From NCBI GenBank assembly GCA_002269645.1, contig NIVC01002257.1, positions 125,353 to 189,352 on the forward strand: DNA of 64,000 nt, read 5' to 3'. This stretch comes from Macrostomum lignano (taxonomy: Eukaryota). Made by a program: the position numbers and the translations under genes. Positions 57,920 through 64,000 of this stretch are shown one piece after another. Each line of letters starts with the position of its first letter. Within the stretch, counting starts at the first letter, position 1. The notes below the pieces were generated by a model that searched no databases, was not told the DNA's origin, and saw only the letters and a program-made list of their open reading frames with translations.

Positions 57920-59420
57920 AGTTATAACAGGCAAAGATAATGCTGCAGAGCACGTTTCAGGGCCTGGGTGCGAACGTACGAGCTAGTCCGGGGGATCGGC
58001 ATCAGCCAGAAGGCACGGCGCGGATGATGCGGCCTGCCAACTGGAGTCGCCGACGGCGCAAAGGTTTGCTCGGACCAGACAGGTCGGTGCGGCTGTGTCC
58101 ACTGGTGGCGGTGACTCGCTCGTAGCCGATTTTGAAGGCCAGCTTGCGCCGCATCGATCTCCTGTTCGAGCAAGTCCGTCGGCGTCCAGGTTTCGGCGTT
58201 GCACCAGACCGCTGAGGTATACGAACTGCTGACAGTGGGGAAGCTTTCTGACCTGCCCGTCAGGGCCTGGCAGAAAACTGCAGTCTTGATGTCGTCTGGC
58301 ACACAGAGCACGACGGTCTTCTTCGTGATATCCATCAGACCGACGCCCGCCGCAACGCTCACCAGCTGGTCCAGCTGTCGCTGGGTGCCATCGACGGTCA
58401 AGGAAAAGCATGCTGAGCCGCCTCTCTGGTTTGCGTCGACCCACGCATCGCTGCATCACTGCAGCAGGAAGCCGTCGTCGTTAGAAGGGAGAGCAGTCCG
58501 CAGCACCCAGTCAAGCACCAGGACGTACAGGAACGGCGCAAGCGTATCTCTCTGAAGCATCCCAGAGGATGTCTCAAAGAAATCTGACGGGCCTTCCGGT
58601 GTCAGCACAGAAGCGCTGGTGTGTCATATAGCGCCTTGACACAAAAAACCTGCTGTTCTGGCACTTACAGCCCTCACGACCGAGTCGAAAGCCTTCCTGA
58701 AGTCAATAAAGAGAGTAATCAGGTTTGACTAGTGTGTCTGCACCCTTCCTCGATAATTCAGCGAAGAGCCAGGATATGTACCACTGTGCCGCGATGGAGT
58801 TCTGCTCAGGCCGCAAATACGGATCCAGCACGGGGCTGAAACCGCGATAGCATCATTCGGTCGAACAGCTTCGTATAGCACGAGGCAGATGCCTCGGTGC
58901 TCCTCAATCCGTGCGGTGCCCGGCTTCTTCGGAATAACGACAATGTGCGCTGTGGTCCATTCGATATGTGCCGCCTCGCCGAAAAGCAGGCGGTTCATCA
59001 CACTGGGGACCTCGCTGGCCACACAGTGGAGTCGCAGCACCTCGTTCGGACCCAGCGCTTTGCCGCCTGGAGTATCACAACGTCGGCTCCTTTTTTGCGG
59101 GCAACGGCGTCCCCGGCGGCAGTCTCCGATCGTTTGGCAGCAGGGGCGATGGTGCGTTGATAATGACGGCGAAGAACTCTCGCAGCTCATTTGGAGTGTC
59201 GTCAGCCAGGTTGAGCGGGATGTGCGGCTTCCTCACGGTCAGAGCGTTGATGACAGACAAGGCTACGCGCCCTTTGGCGTCGGGTCCAGCGGCGTGTTGG
59301 TGCGGCAGTTGACGGCGCTCACGAAGACGCACAAGCACGTAGTCGAGCTTCCTCCTGCAGCCCGCGAAGGTCGGAAGTCTGTCAGACTTGAGTTGAGCTT
59401 CGCTCGCCTCAGGACCATTA
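57920..59420 (-). mobile_element. degenerate RTE-type non-LTR retrotransposon, same family as 11170-12805
   Basis: GPDAKGRVALSVINALTVRK (cf. GPNDRGRLALSAINALTGRK), KALGPNE, IVVIPKKPG, LFIDFRKAFDSV, LTVDGTQRQLDQLV. The GYADD motif is deleted. Confidence 0.85.
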
Positions 59421-59518
59421 AATGCACCTCAGACATTCTAACCACAGAATGTAAATTAAACGGCATTTATTATTTACAGATCCTGTGCCTGTGGCAAAGA
59501 CAGAGTCAGACAGAACCT

Positions 59519-59614
59519 TAGGCATTCAGTGCTGGCTCCTTATCTTTACAATCGGCGTGGCCTCATGAGGTAAAACTCGTTTCCATTCCAGATTGCTAAT
59601 TATAGAACTCCTTG
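59519..59614 (+). repeat. ~96-bp dispersed element, copy of 3907-4002 (reverse complement)
   Basis: taggcattcagtgctggctccttatctttacaatcggcgtggcctcatgaggtaaaactcg...attatagaactccttg. Confidence 0.8.
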
Positions 59615-61364
59615 ACATGGAGTCTCGTGTTGGTTGACTAAAGTATGGAGTGCATGTAATTTCCTCCATGGACTAAAGTCGCATTTAGATTGTCAAAAGC
59701 GATACTAAAGCATCACAAGCTGGAATATAGAACTGATGATTATTGCGCTCCTTTACATGCTTTCAGCCTCTTACGGTATGCTAAAACACAGAAAAGTTTA
59801 TTTTACGAGCTACGAAAGCACGTGCTAACTAAACAAAATTAACGTAAACAAATCTGAACGAATATGATTCATTGTACGAGTACAAACCAGGAAAAATGCG
59901 CTAAAGTGAAAGGCACAAATGGGAGGAGAGAAATTCCTTATTTGGAAATTTGTTATGAAATGAAGGGCACAGGAGAGTTGCAAATTTTAGCTTAACAAAT
60001 TCAGACGATAACAGCTATAGCAAAATTTTATTGCATGCTGCTGATGCGATATCTTTCCATGGTTGTGATATACAAGCACCATGTGTTTTATAACTCTACG
60101 TAGCAACTACTACAATACAAAAGTAGCAGAATTACGCCCTTAACAGTACGACAATTTATTCTATCATCTTGTCGAACTTTTTGCTGCACCAGAACGGAAC
60201 AACGCATGCAGACCCTTTCCCCCGCCAAAACAGCAAGCATTAATAGATTATGCCAGAATGATGCGGAATGCAATTTTTCTTTAGCAATACAGGCATTTGG
60301 ATTTTACGTCTATGCGCTCTACTGCTAGTAGAAGCACGAATCGATTTTCTTTTATTTCTCAACTGTCTCTCAATCCCTCAATCAGTCCATGAATTCAGTT
60401 AGCCAGATCTGCATTCTAGTTGTACACCAGGTAGCAAGCGGTGAATTTCTTAATACAAGCTACAATGATTTTAATGCAACGTCTATTGTTCTGTACCGTT
60501 ATAGGCAGCGCAGTGTTTGGCGACACACACAAAAAATCGGTTTAGAAAATCATTCGGAGACATCTCCGTGTATCTGAGTTTCTTCAATTAGGCGGGCGCG
60601 GGGCGCCATGGGCGCCGCCGATCTCTGTGTGTCCTCAATCTCTAAGGCGAGGGGCCCGCATATTCCATATATATATAGATATAAATATAGCCGCATGCTC
60701 CCAGTCTTTGAAATCGGAGATTCACAATTGAACCTGCATGCTGCGCCACGGTCGGGTTGCTCTTTGGTAGATCGAAAGATCGCCGACTTAAAGACCTCTC
60801 GGAGGGGAGCCCGCATGTGGGAGGTGGGGTGGACAGGATTCGATAGAAAAAATCGGTGAACAGCATCATGGGGTATTAAGCTGGCATGCATCGAAAAACA
60901 CAAACTGTTGCCTTGATGAAATAGCCGCTATAATGTGCCGCAAGCAACCCACCCCCCGCGGTGCGCCACTGCCGCCTCGTTTGAGTTGCTTCTTCGTTCG
61001 CGCCACCCGCTGTCGGCCTTCCCCAATTTCGTTTCTTCCCAGATTTTAATCGGGGATCTTAGTCTTAAGCTCATTAAACCCGAGCCGGTGCACTGACAGT
61101 TTAACAAATTTATCATTGGAAGACTGAAGAAGCTTTATTTTAGCGAAATCTTTTAAGAACCAAAGCGTGGAGATTTAGTGAATTGGGCGGACGTGCATCT
61201 CTTTTTGTTATTATTGTATAGTTACGGTTGCTATGCCAACGGTACTTCCATCTATATTTCCAACTGGGAGCAGGCATGAGGGGAGAATTATTACAAAACT
61301 ATGAATTGCGGTAGAAAAATTGTTTGCAAAGCAAAAACTAACTTAACACACAGGGCGCACACGC

Positions 61365-62864
61365 ATGAGGTGCATAAAAATCACACTATACATACTCGCA
61401 GTACACTCTGGCGTTTGTTTTTCCCCATTATTTCAGGCAGACACAAAACGCTTGTGCAGATTGGCCAGCAAAGGCGAACACGAAGCTATGGGAAATTTGC
61501 TCCGAAACAAGCCGTCAATTGTAAGCAGCAAATACCCGCTTTACTCAGACCGCAGCGCTCTGCTGTGCGCCGCAGCAGCTTCAAAGCGCCACTACTCCCA
61601 GGGCGGTGAGGATCACACGAAATGTGCTGAAATCCTAGTCAGGTTTGGAGCTGATCTGAACGGCCAAGACTCCAAGTCTAACACGGTCCTGCACCTCTCA
61701 GTGAAGTCCAAAAATGATTCTTTGCTCAAGTTTCTACTTGGAAAAGATGTCAGAGTTGCTGACAAACGGAATAGTGACAGCAGCACTCCGCTTATGCTTG
61801 CCGCCGAATTCGACTACGAACAGCACGCGGAACTCCTGCTTGAGCACGGTGCGAGAACTGGCTCTGTAGACGAATTGTTTTATCACGCAGCAAAAGAGAT
61901 TGCAGAATCTGAAGGAAGCGAACGGGTGCTTGAAGTCATGCGCAACTTTGACCAAAGGCAAAGGGAAAAAGAGAAAGTGAGGGACAGAGAATATTTTTGC
62001 GGAGCACAAGTACCTCGATTTGAAAATATTTTTGCTGGCATTCAAGGATGCATTCATCAGATCACACATGAAGCAAATACAATTCGAAACAGCGTAAGCC
62101 ATGCAGTGCAAGAAAGCTATGAAATCTATATGGAAATGCCAGCATATTTCGACCACAATGCACAGCCACTTCGGAATGTTTTGACAGAAGCAGAAAGGCT
62201 GGGAAATGTGTTTCACGAGAAGTGCGAACGCTTGTCACAGCGGTGGGCACCAGTGGAACAGAAGGTGCTGCAATTGCTCGGACGTCCGCAATTAATCAAC
62301 AAGACCGATGTACTGAAGTCTATCAGTGACCTGAGAGAATGCATTCAATCGGCCGATGAGTGCAAACACAGCCTCTCACAACTGAAAGAAAAACTGTCAG
62401 ACGCCGCTCGCCTCAGTCGAGAACTGGCGGAAAAGTGTCGAAAGGAAAGCAGTGATGTTAACAAGCGGAGAGAGGAAAGGAATCAGGAGATCAGGAATCA
62501 GGAATCAGGAACCAGGAATCAGGAGAGAGGAATCTGGAAACAGGCATTAATTGCCGGCGCAGTTGGTGGAGCTGTAGGAGGCCCTTTAGGATTAATTGCT
62601 GGGCTGTGGTTAGGATCTGAAGATGCTGCTACGAGTGCTACGAGTGTGAGTGCAAGACATGTGGATGCACAAAGTTCAAACGAAGATCGAGATTTAGACC
62701 AGAGAAGACTTGAAGCGCTAAACAAATGCGCAGAACAAGCCGACCAACTCGAAAGAGACTTACGGTTCTCGATAAACGACCTATCCGAAAGTACTGCTCC
62801 AAACATCACCAGCAAGTGCTCTGAGGCCCTAGAAGTGTTGGAACAGCTGGCTTCAAAGTTTTAA
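61365..62864 (+). CDS. ankyrin repeats fused to a helical-bundle/hydrophobic-hairpin domain homologous to the 5532-9888 gene (probable acceptor ttcag| at 61436)
   Basis: N-terminal ANK repeats (DRSALLCAA, GADLNGQDSKSNTVLHLSV, STPLMLAAE). The C-terminal domain aligns with the rejoined 5532-9888 protein and carries ALIAGAVGGAVGGPLGLIAGLWLG. Confidence 0.85.
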   Translation: MRCIKITLYILAVHSGVCFSPLFQADTKRLCRLASKGEHEAMGNLLRNKPSIVSSKYPLYSDRSALLCAAAASKRHYSQGGEDHTKCAEILVRFGADLNGQDSKSNTVLHLSVKSKNDSLLKFLLGKDVRVADKRNSDSSTPLMLAAEFDYEQHAELLLEHGARTGSVDELFYHAAKEIAESEGSERVLEVMRNFDQRQREKEKVRDREYFCGAQVPRFENIFAGIQGCIHQITHEANTIRNSVSHAVQESYEIYMEMPAYFDHNAQPLRNVLTEAERLGNVFHEKCERLSQRWAPVEQKVLQLLGRPQLINKTDVLKSISDLRECIQSADECKHSLSQLKEKLSDAARLSRELAEKCRKESSDVNKRREERNQEIRNQESGTRNQERGIWKQALIAGAVGGAVGGPLGLIAGLWLGSEDAATSATSVSARHVDAQSSNEDRDLDQRRLEALNKCAEQADQLERDLRFSINDLSESTAPNITSKCSEALEVLEQLASKF

Positions 62865-64000
62865 ATGACAAAAATTGATGAAAAAACCATTAAAAAACAA
62901 TACGAAGTAAAAATCAAGCAAGTAAAAATCAATTACTTTTTTCTATAAAAATTACATAAAAATTATTTATGTAACAAAAATATTACATAACTATCAATAT
63001 TTAATGACTAATTTCCCTAATTATATTTCCCCAATAAAACTTCATATTTACAATATACTCTGATAAATCTTAAATTCGCATATAATTTTTTTTGGATAGA
63101 CCTTTGACAAAAAACTATGCTAATTAGCTAATTTATTTCATTTATACAGGTGAATCTTAATTTTTAAAACTTCAAGTAGTATTTTACTTTGTAGTAGTAT
63201 TCTGTACTTTACTCCAGAGTTTTCAGAAATTTTCTGCGTGTAAACCCTATTCGATTTTCAAACTTTTGACTCTCTCGTAAACTCTCGTGAAATACACCTG
63301 AAAATTGTTATTATACAAATACACAACTTTCACGTATAAATAATAAATATGGAAAAGTACAAATCAACAATAGATATAAATGATTATTTATATCAATAGA
63401 TGGACGTTAATGACTTATTCTTTTACTCCATCATCAGCCTAAGAGCCATCAATTTGCATTATTTAATCAAGTTTATTTTCACCAACCAGAGTTATGAGAA
63501 TTCTATGAATAGACCAAATTATGTTTATGCAATGCAACATGCGAGGACAGTGCCATCAAGCAGTATATAAGTTCAATAGTCCTTGATGCAGCAATTTGAA
63601 AGGGTTGATAAAAACAGCATTTTCAGGGCCAATAGTTTGTAGACATTTTTTGGGAATAAAAAATCCCCTTATGAAAAAAGCATTGTTTTTTATTGTGAAG
63701 CAACTTAAAATCAGGCATTACTACTGAGCATCAGGGGCGAGTATAAGTAGTATGATGATTGCAAAAATCTCCACTCAACCAGCTTTCGGATTAAAGGAAT
63801 CCTTAAACATACTTTGAAGCAAAATATTTTTGTATTGGCGCTGATAAATTTGAAAAAAGACAACAGATGGATAGAGCAGGACATTTGCGAAGCAGCAAGC
63901 AAAGGTATATAGGAGACGTCCCATGTTCGATTCCCTAGAGAGGCCACACAGACTATATAATGAGACAAAATTAACACAAAGATTTTTCACATTCGTAAAA

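Noticed and set aside
60590-60830. GC-rich palindromic patch (ggcgccatgggcgcc) with recurring ccgcatg motifs
   Set aside because: Too short and irregular to assign to a TE end or regulatory element.

Overview
This is eukaryotic (animal, intron-containing) genomic DNA. It is plausibly a repeat-rich invertebrate such as a free-living flatworm, but that is inference only. No prokaryotic features, rRNA, true tRNA or CRISPR were found. Host genes: a 3-exon DEAD-box helicase DDX20/Gemin3; a ~1850-aa GVIN/URGCP-type very large GTPase; three tandem CLCC1/MCLC-like membrane proteins; two paralogous ankyrin-repeat genes; a 4-exon secreted LamG-domain protein; a TM+coiled-coil protein; and a ~758-aa orphan. 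Mobile DNA: an intact-ORF mariner (DD34D); an apparently intact Chapaev-type (RAG1/Transib-related) transposon with 241-bp CACAG-ended TIRs and a GCAA target duplication; a decayed piggyBac folded into a large palindrome; three RTE-type LINE relics; two tRNA-derived SINEs; and several satellites. Main highlights: (1) an unrecognised helical-bundle + Gly/Ala hydrophobic-hairpin protein family (pore-former-like, inferred) occurs three times: split by the Chapaev insertion, as a pseudogene fragment, and fused to ankyrin repeats; (2) inverted intronic satellites bracket a frame-symmetric DDX20 exon, a circRNA/exon-skipping substrate; (3) a sharply bounded 3.5-kb CpG desert; (4) a CLCC1-like tandem expansion. 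All calls were made by eye from the sequence and ORF track; no searches were run.
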